A DNA stretch of 64,000 nucleotides from Anthoceros angustus (taxonomy: Eukaryota > Plantae > Anthocerotophyta). The notes beneath the pieces are model-generated. The model was not told where the DNA came from. It was given only the letters and a program-made list of their open reading frames with translations, and did no database searches. Where the stretch lies: positions 372,001 through 436,000 of the forward strand of contig VJWM01000106.1 of NCBI GenBank assembly GCA_010909165.1. The letters run 5' to 3'. Made by a program: the position numbers and the translations under genes. Positions 49,167 through 61,341 of the stretch are shown here, piece by piece; position 1 is the stretch's first letter; the number at the start of each line of letters is the position of its first letter.

Positions 49167-51959
49167 TCAATTGTTGATAGCATCCAGTAGGTCACTATAA
49201 GTGACGACGTCCCTGTGTTGGTCCGCTTGTCTAATTTCATCTAAAACAGCACGGGCTTCTTTCCACCGATCTGCTCTCCCTAGTACATGTATGAGAGCAC
49301 TATAAGTGACAAGACTGGGTTGAATTCCTTGGCTCTTCATGTTTTCAAACAACTTCAAGGCTGAATCAACGTCCCCGTTAATTCCCTGCCCATGAATGAG
49401 AGATGTACAGGTAAACACATCCGCTTTCATTCCCTTGTCTTCCATTTCGTAGTAATATCTCCAAGCCTCGTCCAAAAGCCCTGCTTGGGCCAGTTTGTCA
49501 ATGAGTGTGTTGTACGTGAAAATGTCAGGAGCAATTTCCTTTCGTTGCATCTCCTCAAAGAGCTTTCGGACTTCATCCATATCACCTGCCTTCCCATACA
49601 CTCCAATGAGGGCATTGTAGGAGACCACATCCAGGGCCACACCTTGAGCCTCCATTTCCTTCACCAGCGGCTTCACTTCATCCGCGCCAAGTTGACTGTT
49701 ACCAATTGCATCAATAAGGGAGTTGTAAGTTACAAGGGTCGGAGATATACCGTTGGTCTTCATCTCCTCAAACATGCTAAACGCTTTATCAATCTGACCT
49801 GCCTTGCCCAGTCCATCAATGAGAGTATTGTACAACACTACATCTAAGAGATGACCTTCTTCCTTCATGTCATCCACGAGCTGGAAAGCTTCGTCAAGCT
49901 TTCGGGCTTTAAGCAATCCGGAGATGAAGGTGCTGTATAAGTACGAATCGGGTGTGTGGCCTTTCTCTTGAAATTCCGCGAACACCCTTCGAGCTTGATT
50001 CAGCTTCCCCATCTTACAGAACCCATTGATCAAAATGGTGTAACTGACCACATCAGGTTCGCAACCACTCTTCTCCATCACTCTAAACAGATTAAGCGCC
50101 TCATCGACTCGTTTCGCCTTACACATCGCATTCATAAGCGCAGTGTAGACAACAGCATCAGGTACTATACCATTTTCTTCCATCTCCGCATACACCTGCT
50201 TCGCCTCATCCATAAACCCGCCCTTGCCCAACCCGTCAATGAGTATGCTGTACGTGATCACATCCGGAGCACAACCCTGCTCCTTCATCTCCTCGAAAAG
50301 CTCCAGAGCCTGCGTTATCCTCCCTGCTTTGGACAGCGCCATCATGACAGAACTGTACACAGCCTGATCAGGTTCACACCCGCCCCTCCTCATATCCTCG
50401 AACAGCTTTACGGCCTCATCCACCTGCCCTAACTTCCCTAGCTCACTGATAAGCACGTTGTAGATGAAAGCAGTGGGCGCAAACCCATCCCCTTTCATCT
50501 CTTCAAACAACACCAAGGCACGGTTCAGTTGGCAGCCACACAGCGTTTGTATCAGCAATGCGTAAGTTGAAAGCAGCGGGCGCACTTGATTCACCCTCAT
50601 ATCCCGAATCAGCGAGCAGGCATCGTCCACTTTACCTGCCCCGACGAACTGCTCCAGCAAAGCTCCACAAGTAGCTGAGCTCGGAAAATGCCCTTGCTCC
50701 TTCAACTCCCTCACCAGCTCGCAAGCCTCCGCCAGCTCCCCCTCCTGACTAAACCCCCGGATCAACGCGTTCAAAGCATGATGGTCCGCCACCAACCCCT
50801 TCCCCCCCATCTCCTTATGCACATCCACCGCAGCCCTAAACATCCCCCCCGTCACCAAAATCAAAATCAAACAACTGTACGCCCTCGCATCCGGTTCGCA
50901 CCCAATCTCCTTCATGTACTCAAAAACCCGCACCGCCCCCTCCGGATTCCTCGCCAAGCTGTAGCTCACCATCACCGTCGTATACACAAACGCGTTCTGA
51001 AAACACCCGTCACTGTGCATTTTTTCAAACAGCACCCACACCGCATCAAACTGCCTCGCCACTCCCAACATCTTGATCATCTTGCTGTAAGTATACTGGT
51101 TGTGCGAAAACCCCGTCTGCCTTGCAGCCCATTTGAAGAACTCCAACGCGACCCCCGCGTCACTCAGCTGCTTCAACACAGCCAAAACCAAAAACTGATC
51201 CACCTTGAATTTCAGCCCCGACAGCTCAGCCTCCGTCCCCTCATCCCATCCTCTATCCAGAATCTTCCGCAGCCGCTCCACCCTCCTCTCATTCTTCATT
51301 CTCGGCCCATCCAACTTGGCCTTGAATTTCCTCGTCGCCCGGGCAGACCCCTCCCCCTTCCCCTCCTCCTTCCCTTCCTCCTTCTCCTCCTCCCCGTCCG
51401 AGTCCGAATCCGACTCCCACGACTCAGACTCCGAGTCCCCGGCCTCCCCGCGTGCGTCCGTCAGCCTGGCCGCCAAGTCCCATTCCGGGGTCCGGAGGCC
51501 CGCCCGCCGCCGCCCGGCCTGCTGCAAGGCGTCCATTTCCGCGGGGGCCGAGGGATACATCCTCTCCGCCTCCACAGCCACCAGCTCCAGCTGCCCCGGG
51601 GTCCGGCTCCGCGACAGGGCTGGCCTGCCTCGCCCCCGTCCCCGGCGCGCGCCCGCCCCAGCTGCTTCCCGGAAGCTTCCCCGCCAGCCGGCCATGGCCT
51701 CGGCCAGGGGATCCCGACTCGCCAGGGACCCGAATGCCGGACCCCGGCCAGGCTGGTGCACAAGCTCCTGCATCCTAGACCTACGCACGATCCTTCCCCC
51801 GGCGGCAGGAAGCACATCTCCATCGCCGCGCACAAGAAAAGCAGGACTGTCAGGCGAGAGGCCTCCGGGTCTGAGTCCTCACAGCCCGCTTATCCGCGCC
51901 GCCGGCCCAGTGCTGCTCAGGCTGCTCCATCTCCGACGCGCGGGATTCCGGCGTCGCAT
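49167..51959 (-). CDS. P-class pentatricopeptide repeat protein (start uncertain)
   Basis: ALEFFKWAARQTGFSH followed by many 35-aa P repeats. Probable first exon MRRRNPARRRWSS at 51959, with an intron at ~51782-51882. Confidence 0.92.
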
Positions 51960-52203
51960 TGTGGAGATGGAGAGGCTGGCGGGCAAGTGCTGCGCCCACA
52001 GTATCACCAGCTGGTGGAATGGTGGATCGGCGCGACGGCCATGGTTACGGGGGAGCACTGCGTGGCGGCCTCTGGGCTGCACAATTTGAGTTTTTTTATA
52101 TTTGAGTTCGGAAATCACATTAGGGAGGAAGATTGAAACAATATGCATTACAACCGGAGAGAGGGCGGATGGAAGAGGGGGAGAGAGAAGGAGATGGGGC
52201 TCC

Positions 52204-55130
52204 TCACACAGAGCCGTAGGTGCTGTCTGAGGTGCGAGGAATTGCTCTGCCGGTGCCGGATGATGATGATGATGAAGGACGCTCCCTCGTCAGAACAGTG
52301 GCGTCTTCGGCTCTCGCGTAGCCCGCCCCGCTGCGGTCTCTGCTGACCTGAATCAAGGAGCCCATGAGGAGAGACAGAGGGATGAGTGTGGGCCTTGGGA
52401 TGGTGAGGAGGAGCGGGACGAGTTTCGTTGGGGACATGACTTACCAGATCAAGGCAGCTTGCGAGGGTCTGGATCCCTGGGAGGGCGTCTAGGCCATGCT
52501 GCAGGGACAGTTGAGAGTTAGAGGAAGTTAGAACTGAGAGAGCAAAACAACAGTGTGTGTGTATTTCACCTTGTTTTCAACTCGAGTTTTGTAGCAGAAG
52601 CCACCACAGCACCCAGCCAATGTGACTAGAAAGAAGCTGAAAGATACGAAATTTTGCGACCGATCATTCTTTGCTGGGGACACGAGTCATGAGATGCTGG
52701 TAGCCTGCTAGTCAGATCACAGTGCGGAATGGATTGAACTGGTTACTCACAAGAAGGAGAGAACACCAAAGGTTGTCCATCCACTTGAGCCTGATTTCTC
52801 GGTAACCTGCTTATATTCTGCAAAGCCCATTGTCAGGCTAGGAAAAAGGTCATAGGATATGCTGCATCTTAAAGCATCAACAAAAGCAGGTAGCGTGTAA
52901 GAACTTACGGCATCCCTTGCCCAAACTGAAGACAACAGGGTCGTAGTCCTTAACCGGAATGCTCACATTTACGACATAAGGACCCGCTTGGGCTGTACTG
53001 CCTGCAAGATCCAGAAACCATTGCCCACTTCGCTGGGTGCACAGAGCAGATTCGACCAGCCAGCCATCGAAGTAACAAAAGCTTAACAGACTATAATCAG
53101 GAAGTTAAATGTAGTACACTGCCACAGCACTTCTAGGACGCTGGGAGACTCTGTTGTTGGGGCTGTGCCACCAGTTGCAGAGCCGGACAGCTGGACATCC
53201 AATCCCTTTTCTGGAGAAACCTGCAAACATCCAATCATAAACAAAAAGAGTGACTTGTGGCTCAATCTTTGGATGGATGCACCAGGAGTAACCCAGAAAC
53301 CACTGCTTGAGTCACTCACACTGTAGATCGGCTTTCCAACGTTGCTTGCAACCTCACTTCGTGCCGTCAGATACAAATATGTCCGCAATTGCTCCGTCCC
53401 AAAACTGGGAGACACACGCAACCGACACTATGAATGCTAATCGACAGAATGTTCACATAAGTTGCAAACAATGCGCTTGAATCTAAACTCCTGCATCGGC
53501 TCTACTAATTACCTGTAGTCACTACGGAATGAATCGAATCCCCACTGCGTAATCCCATTCTCCACCTGTCAAGCACCTACCCAGCGTGAATAGGAGAAGG
53601 AGAGGTGCTTACATATTCTACCATCCAAGGACTTCAACACTTGGTTCAAAACTGAGATCAGAGCTCTCAGATAACAAGCCGTGCTGAAGAGGTCATAACT
53701 AACCACTTCCTTGCCCCTTGGACTGAAGCCAACTGTGAAGCCACTGAAGACACGAGGTCCTGATTTAACACATGACACGGCAATAACTGCACTTATCCTG
53801 TCTCCAGAAGCACGTGCTTGTCATGTCAGAATATCCCCTGACTGACAAAGAACGTAGCAGAAGGGGAGCACACCAAATCCAAAGAACCCACATGCAACTT
53901 GAGGAATCCAAGCTGACACTGCAGATACATCCATATTCATCTGCCATTGCACAGCACAACACATAAGTTTTCTTTCATACACTGATGGATCTCTTGGCAA
54001 ACTGTTACCAAATGCCCGACACATTCAAAAGGGCACCACCTCTGCAACTGATCGATCCTGGGCAGCTTCCACAAATAATAGCTACCTGAGAGCATTAAGC
54101 TAACTGGTCAGATTCAGGTGCGTGTTGTTGCACCCATGCAGATGAAAGATGGCTTCTAACTGGCTTGCCAATTACCTCAGCAGAACGGCCACTCATATCA
54201 AAACCTTCAGTTTCACAACCTTTCAAATCCCCATACCGATACTCCTGCACAATGCATGAGATCAGACGAAGAGGAGGAGGGAGGGTGGGGGGGTGACCTA
54301 AACATCCGACATACAACTGAAAACTTGGATATTTTGACAAACACGAACAAGGCTGAAAGCAAACACAACAATCAGTACAGGGGAATTCAGCAGTTTAATG
54401 TTGGTGAGCTCCCAGATACTCACTCACTTGAACAAAATCGACTCCACTGCTAGTGCTTGGCAGGAAAGCTGAGTAACGGCCATAATTGATGTAGGCCTAA
54501 TCTCAAGACATGCACAACTCACAAGTTAGTCTGTATGTAACCTAACCCCTCCGGAGGTGCAATCAAGCACCCCCGTCAAGTAATACTTGAAACCACTACA
54601 GAAAAGGCCTGGCATGCTTCAAACAAGGTCAACAGTAAATGAGAAGGGTTTCAAAATACTAAGTATACGACATTACCGAATCTGAAGACCTCTTCTGGAA
54701 ATCTTTGCAAAAACGGATGGTGTATGTGGAGCCCTGTGCAAGGTGGAATGAGGGTGGGAAATATGCCAGGAGAATGAAAAAACCATAGAAACAAGCTCTG
54801 TAAACGGCAATGCTTGCTTACTTCTTGATCATAACTGAAGTCCTTCCCTACCCAACTTGTCTGCCCTGGAGGTTAAAGATACAATCGCAAAAAACAGCGG
54901 TCTCTGGAAAACCTGCTCGACAGCAGCTCTCAGATTTGATATGAGGATACGAAGTCGTAGAGGTGATTGTCCTTGCTCAGAGAGTAACAATTCGATGCAG
55001 GTAAGGTAAAAGCTTCCACAACAAAAGATGGCGCAATAAGCAGGAGCGCTGCACAGAGAAGAGCAGAGACCACGATCCCGCTCCGCCCTGTGGCCACAGC
55101 TCCGCTGTCATCGCTTGACCTGGGCGCCAT
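52204..55130 (-). CDS. Conserved plant single-pass membrane protein (At4g36440-like; function unclear), ~16 exons
   Basis: Signal peptide, SNCYSLSKDNHLYDF, RFCKD, YGDLKGCE, GCICSV, GPRVFSGFTVGF, GWTTFGVLS, CCGGFCYKTRVE, GLDALPG and terminal TYGSV*. Confidence 0.82.
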
Positions 55131-55888
55131 ACCTCTAGGGCTGCACCGAAGGTCTTACCGACTTGCAAGAATGCTCAATCTGTTTGGGAACAAAACACAG
55201 ATTCTGCCCACACGGTCGTAGTCATTCTGCTTCGCACCGTCTCGTCCCTGATCTTCCCACCCCGACTTCAACAGATCATGAATGCCAGCATGTTCCTCCC
55301 TTTGGTTCAACCGGGCCGGGGACAAAACGTTTGCCCTACTTGCCGCTATCGACGATCTTCACGGCTGGTGCCACTTCAGCCGGCTACACCTGCGCACGAT
55401 TACGTTCTGCCCCACTTAGACCGTGTAGGCTGTCCTCTACCTCGTGTGTATCGCCTATTGCGCATCTTGGTACTTAGACTCTAGAGTTAACCTTGAAAGG
55501 TTCAAGAGCTCGTGCCTTGAGGCTACTACGGCGCATCCTCATACGAAATACAAAGAGTCATCGGAGTCTTTCGAGAGGGAGCCAATCATCTGTAACGTTC
55601 TCAGTAAAAGAACAACCTCTCACGAAGCCAGAGGCAGAAAATCTGGCACAACCTCAGCCGATCCAGCGCAAGGATGTCTGCAGAGGCAAATTAACAAAAT
55701 TGAACAGCCAAAAAGCTGAGAGAGCAGTAATGCTCACAACATCCTAAAATTTGTTCCTATCAGAGAGCCTCGACTGCGGATTACCGCTCTCAGTTCCTCC
55801 AAGGAACGGCCGCCTGAGGTACTCCGCGGAGAACCAAAACTCCACAGCCTCGCCACCACGAGACCGCAAGGCAGAAAGAGCTGCATTC

Positions 55889-56344
55889 CTACAGCCGGCG
55901 ACCTCTGCGTCCTCCCTTTCTCCTCGTGCTGTCAGTGGGAATAGGCGTGACATCTTCAATACGGCCAACTCTCATCCCGGAGCGAGCAAGCGCGCGCAGC
56001 GCCGACTGAGCCCCGGGCCCGGGAGTCTTAGTCTTGTTCCCGCCGGTGGCCCTGAGCTTGATGTGCAGAGCCGTAATTCCCAGCTCCTTACACCTCTGCG
56101 CCACGTCCTGTGCCGCGAGCATGGCCGCGTAGGGGGACGCCTCGTCCCTATCCGCCTTCACCTTCATCCCGCCGGTCACCCGAGCAATGGTCTCCTTTCC
56201 TGACAGATCAGTGACGTGCACAAAGGTGTCGTTGAAGGAGGCGAAGATGTGTGCCACTCCGAACACATGCTCCCCTTCTCTCACAGTCGGCCCCAGCGTC
56301 ACATTCTCTTCCTTCACCTCGCGCACCTTCTTTTTCCCCGACAT
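55889..56344 (-). CDS. RPS14: 40S ribosomal protein S14 (uS11), intronless CDS
   Basis: [23 protein letters not shown]...[14 protein letters not shown], 151 aa uninterrupted. Confidence 0.98.
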   Translation of the reverse strand: MSGKKKVREVKEENVTLGPTVREGEHVFGVAHIFASFNDTFVHVTDLSGKETIARVTGGMKVKADRDEASPYAAMLAAQDVAQRCKELGITALHIKLRATGGNKTKTPGPGAQSALRALARSGMRVGRIEDVTPIPTDSTRRKGGRRGRRL

Positions 56345-56466
56345 GGCGAGCGCCTGCCTGCTCCCGCTGCTGGTCCGCTTCCTCCCGCTCCTGACAGTCT
56401 CCAGCCACAACGAGGCGACAGACTGCGGCAACTGCGATCTTAGACTGAGCACCAAAAGACCCGATC

Positions 56467-56474
56467 TAGGGTTT
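56467..56474 (-). promoter_or_regulatory. Telo-box (AAACCCTA) upstream of RPS14
   Basis: tagggttt on the + strand, ~120 bp upstream of the ATG. The element is typical of plant ribosomal protein promoters. Confidence 0.6.
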
Positions 56475-56855
56475 CTGCAACCTCATGTAAGAAGCTTGAC
56501 ACTGAAAGGGTGCCCGACGTACATATCAAGGAACCACGTTACTCATACATATATTCAACACCTGAGAAGAAACGAGATAAAAACGAAACGAATCGAAACG
56601 AAATATGTAGGTGTATATAGTAGGTACTACTGACTACCTACGTATTCAATTTCGGCCTCGGTAGGGCCTGAGCAATGAGGTTGTCCGAATATGGAGGTGT
56701 GGAAAAAGATGGCAACGTCCACACAGTCCCACAAAAGACACGGACTTGCTGTCTTCTGCATGCTACGATGTGTCCGAGCATGTGTCGTGCAGAGGCGCAA
56801 CATCATCAGTAGTAGGAAGCTGTGTGGAATTTAGTGAGGCTGTGTGCAGGCGACC

Positions 56856-58154
56856 ATGGAAGACGACGAGGAGTATGCTTATCAGCTTCAGCTCACAGAA
56901 ACCTTACGTGCATCCATGGACCAAGGTATTGCTGCTACGACAAGTACTGTTCCACTCACCCGTCGTGTAGATGTGGGTAGACCTTCAATCCGAGTTGCAC
57001 CAGCACCAGTACCAGTACCCTTACCAGTATCGAGGAGAGCCGGGAAGGCAGTTGCAGAGGAGGACCGGAAGGCAGTTGCAAAGAAGGATCGGAAGGGAGT
57101 TGCAGAGGAGGATCGGAAGGGAGTTGCAGAGGAAGACCGGAAGGGAGTTGCAGAGGAGCACCGGAAGGGGGTTGCAGAGAAGGCTTCGGGCAGTGACAGC
57201 GGAAGGAGGAGAAGCGGGCGGCTCAAGGAGAAAAGAGACAGAGAATTGGAGGTTCCAGGGAAGGAATCGGAGTTAGGAAAGAAGGAATCGAACAGCAGCT
57301 CGAGGGAGAAGAAATCCAGAGAAAGGGGGAGGGAGGCGGTTGCAGAACCTCCGGTACCGGCTCGGAGGACTTGTGCAATTTGCATGCAGCTCAGGCCAGA
57401 TTTGAGCTTTCGTAGTACCAGAGGTTGTGAGCATACTTTCTGCGTAGTCTGTATGAGCCAACATGTAGAGGTGAGAGTGAGGGATGGACAGGGACCTGTG
57501 AGCTGCCCGGAGCCGGACTGCGGGGGAGTTATCGGCAGTTTGGAGTGCCGAAGCCTGACTTGCTCAATGGAGACAGTTGAAAACCTTGAAAAGCTTGAGG
57601 TTTTGTCTTGCATCCCGGAAGTTGAGAGATTCTACTGCCCGTTCCGCGATTGCTCGGCCATGATGTGCCAACCGGGTACTGGTAGCAGTTCCTCCCACCG
57701 CTCAAACGGGCAGGGGGGGGGACGGATAACGTCGGTGGAATGTTTCAGTTGCCATAGGTTGTTTTGTGCTGACTGCAAAGTGCCATGGCATGCGGATCTG
57801 ACCTGCAAGGACTTCCAGCGACTCTTGAAGAAGAAGAACGCTGATGCGACTGATGTGGAGTTCCACAAGCTGGTGGCGGCTAAGAAGTGGAGAAAGTGCC
57901 CGAATTGCAAGTTCGTGATCGAGCTTAGGGAAGGATGCATCCACATGACCTGCAGGTAAGTTTGATGTCAGACGGCCTAGTTAGTTTCTTTAGTTTCTGT
58001 ATGCATGTTACCGGATGCTTACCGAAATGACCGATCTTGGCATGTCAGGTGTGGCCATCAGTTTTGCTACTCATGTGGACGGAGATGGAAAGGCGATGGC
58101 TGCGATTGCGCGCCCCCCGGTCCCATGACGATACCACCGGTGTGGCGTCTTTAA
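56856..58154 (+). CDS. RBR-type (RING1-IBR-RING2) E3 ubiquitin ligase
   Basis: CAIC..GCEHTFCVVC..CPEPDC, FYCPFRDC..CHRLFCADCKVPWH, WRKCPNC..EGCIHMTCR|CGHQFCYSCG. Intron at 57956-58048. Confidence 0.93.
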
Positions 58155-58390
58155 AAGACGAAAAGAACAAATCTCTTTCGTCCACTTTTAGGATATCGCA
58201 GAGGAGCCGGAGGAAGCTGCAGATGTAGTTTAGGAGCGCAGGCGGCGGCAGGTGACTTGACTGAGGTGCTTTCGCGCCGGTTTAATTTATTAGGGCCGCT
58301 ATCCGGGAGTGGGTTTTGCACTCGGTATATCCTTATGAGCCACAACGATTTATCAAAAGTCGTCACTTTTTTTTTTGTTGAGAAGATGAA

Positions 58391-58421
58391 CCAGGCCCTT
58401 ATGCACGCTGTGAGCGTGCAT
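58391..58421 (-). mobile_element. Possible Helitron 3' terminus
   Basis: 9-bp-stem hairpin atgcacgct-gtg-agcgtgcat (58401-58421), followed on the minus strand by aagggcCTGG|T. Confidence 0.4.
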
Positions 58422-58569
58422 TAGGTCACAACCAACGAGGAAGAAGATCATCCCGAGTTGAAGACAACCTAGAAGAAGGTGACAACAACAAGGTGGCAAA
58501 CGATCAAGGTGGCAGTGGACAAAAACAGAAGACCATAGCGAGTACGAGCAACGGCGACGAGCATGGTGG

Positions 58570-58880
58570 AAAAAGGTGACAACGAGCAAACACAGCGACA
58601 ACAAACAATGTAAACAAAGACTTGCAGCAACCACGAACAAGGAGGAAGAAGACCACAACGACACTAAACGACGATCGCAGCGACAACAAACAAGGTAGGT
58701 GATCATGAAGATCTAAGAGGTATGGAGTAAGGCAACAGCGAGCAAATACAGCGACAACAAACAATGTAAATTAAGACTTGCAGCGACCACGAACAAGGAG
58801 GAAGAAGACCACAACGACAGTAGACAACAATCGCAGCGACAACAAACAAGGTAGGTGATCATGAAGATCTAAGAGGTATG
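58570..58880. repeat. ~155-bp tandem doublet
   Basis: acagcgacaacaaacaatgtaaa at ~58593 and ~58748. Confidence 0.8.
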
Positions 58881-60129
58881 AAGATCGTACAAACAATGAA
58901 CACGGTAGACAAAGATCTATGTGGTAAAATATATACACTTCGAGATATGGTGTATGAGTGGAAGCTTTAGCGTATGTACCATGGAAAATATTTGTCACCC
59001 AAGCAAAACACCACATTTGTGCCCATTGTGCCACCGCTTAGTTGCATAAAGGGGGGAAACGCCACTTCATGTATATTCTGCCTCTTTGAATATTATGGTA
59101 TTTTGAGCATAGAAAGGGGCATGACTTACTTCTTAGAATGAAGAATATTTTCAAGTACCAAGTCTTTCAAAGACCTACTGACTATCAAAGTTGTAACCAA
59201 GGTAACCTATTACTTTGACCTTGTTGGTTTTTTTTTGGTTCTAGAATAATTGAGGCTTGTTGTCAAAAGAAAGCGATGAAGTAAAAATTTAGACAAAGCC
59301 GTTTTACTTTCAGGTGCTAACTTTGGTTTCGGGGGATACCGTATAAATTATCATAATGTAATACTCAAACTCTGTTTCAAGAAATTGTTTTAGGGGGTAC
59401 ATGTATGGATCTGTCATATACTTAGGGGAGCATGGTATCAAGTATCTATTAATCAATGTGATATTATAGGCCAAAAAAAGATCCAGGTCTCTAGAGATGA
59501 AGTTGTAGGTATATATTCTCTTGAGAAAAAGGATTTGATGTGGTATGGCCAATGATAATGAGCCAAGGTTATTGAAAACAACTTTACTAAACACCTTTGA
59601 AGCTCACTTGCCATCACATATGGCTACTGTGGACGGTTTGAAGGTCCAGGAATAATGAGCCAAGGCTATTAACGACAACTTGGCATAGAGATTACTAAAC
59701 TCTTTTCTAGCTCACATGCGACCAAGTCATTTGGCTACTCCGTTACTCTATATGGGAAGGTAGTAACAATAGTTTACCTTACTTATTGTGTCCTCAAACC
59801 TTGTATATTATGTGACAAGTTTATCAATATGGGGTTGTGCATGCGTTGTAAATTGAAATATGCGCACTTGGCTTTGATCCTCATTTGTTTCTAGGGTGCT
59901 TGGAAGCGTTTTCGAGGCATGAGTCTAGATTATTTGAGTACAATGGAAATCAAATCCTTTAATATATATATTTTGAAACTGCATAAAATGTTTTGAGGTT
60001 TCTAAAAACTTTCAAAATAACTTAGTTGGTTAGAAGGTCGTACTAATAGTGCGAAGGTTGGTTAAAGTGTCATACTAGTAGTGTGAAGGTTATAAATATC
60101 TAACGTATCTATATATCTAGCTAAGTTAT

Positions 60130-60950
60130 ATTCTTAGTTATAATAAATATCTCAGTTGGTTAGGGTATCGTATGATTGATGCGAAGATTGCGAGATCAAA
60201 ACTTGCATGGGCCATTATTGCGACCCATTTGAATGCAGTCTTATTTTTCACTTGATTTTTTGAGTTCAACCTACATAGGCCATAGTACACTTGATTTTTT
60301 GAGTTCAACCTACATAGGCCATAGTACGGGATACATATGGAGTGCAACCTTGTTTTTCACTTGACCCTGCATAGGCCATAGTGTTGATACTACTACCATG
60401 TACAATTATATATTGTACATTGTATAGGCCTGTTAAATCAAGTTGGTTAGAGTGTTGTACTAATAGTGTGAAGGTTGCAGGTTTTGATGGTTGCAGGATC
60501 AAAAACTGCATAGGCCATTGTGATGACCCATTTGTATAGGTCAATATTATGATCCATCTGTATAGGCCATTGTTATGAGCCGTTTGCAGTGCAACCTTAT
60601 TTTTCACTTGATTTTTTGAGTTCGTAGGAACTTGCATAGGCCATAGTACACGACACATCTCGAATGCAACCTTATTTTTCACTTGATTTTTTGAGTTGAT
60701 CAAAATCTGCACAAGCCATAGCACAAGACATACTTGGAGTGCAACTTTCATAGGTCATAGCACAGGTCATATCAAACGATTTTCACTGTGAAGGTTGCAT
60801 GCAGGATCAAAACTTACATAAGTCGTAACACAATTTATATGAAGCATCATAGTACAATCTTTTTTTTCAATCTTTTGAGTTCATAAGAACTTCTGTGCAA
60901 AGGTCATATACTTAAAGAACTTGCATAGGCCACGTAATGCATACATAATA
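60130..60950. repeat. Degenerate AT-rich tandem repeats, probably TE-derived
   Basis: Recurrent cacttgattttttgagtt and cataggccatagt modules. Confidence 0.7.
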
Positions 60951-61341
60951 TCTCATACCATTTTAAGATATTCTATACTACTCCTTAACAAACAGAAGGA
61001 ATGTTTAACTTACCAATGAATATAAATTATTTAATGTGCCTGCTTAAGAGGATGGCATTCTTGGATGGTCAATTCTCAAAACCGTCCGCCAGAATGACAA
61101 TATTGGGCACCCTGTAACGGATACTAAAACCATGTTAAAAAATGTGTTTCTGGCGTGTTCTGGTGAAACACGCGCTTCTTGCTTTGAAGGGAACCCAAAA
61201 AGGGTTGGCGTGATGTCCAGGTCTCCCAAACCATGTGATACATCAGGCATGACGATATTGTGCGTCACGATGGAGTCGAAGAGTGACCAACTAGATTTGT
61301 GATCTACTTTCTTTACTAGGCATGTGCCCAGTGAGAGACTA

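Noticed and set aside
50688-52136. 482-aa and 294-aa plus-strand ORFs
   Set aside because: Antisense shadows of the GC-rich PPR coding sequence.
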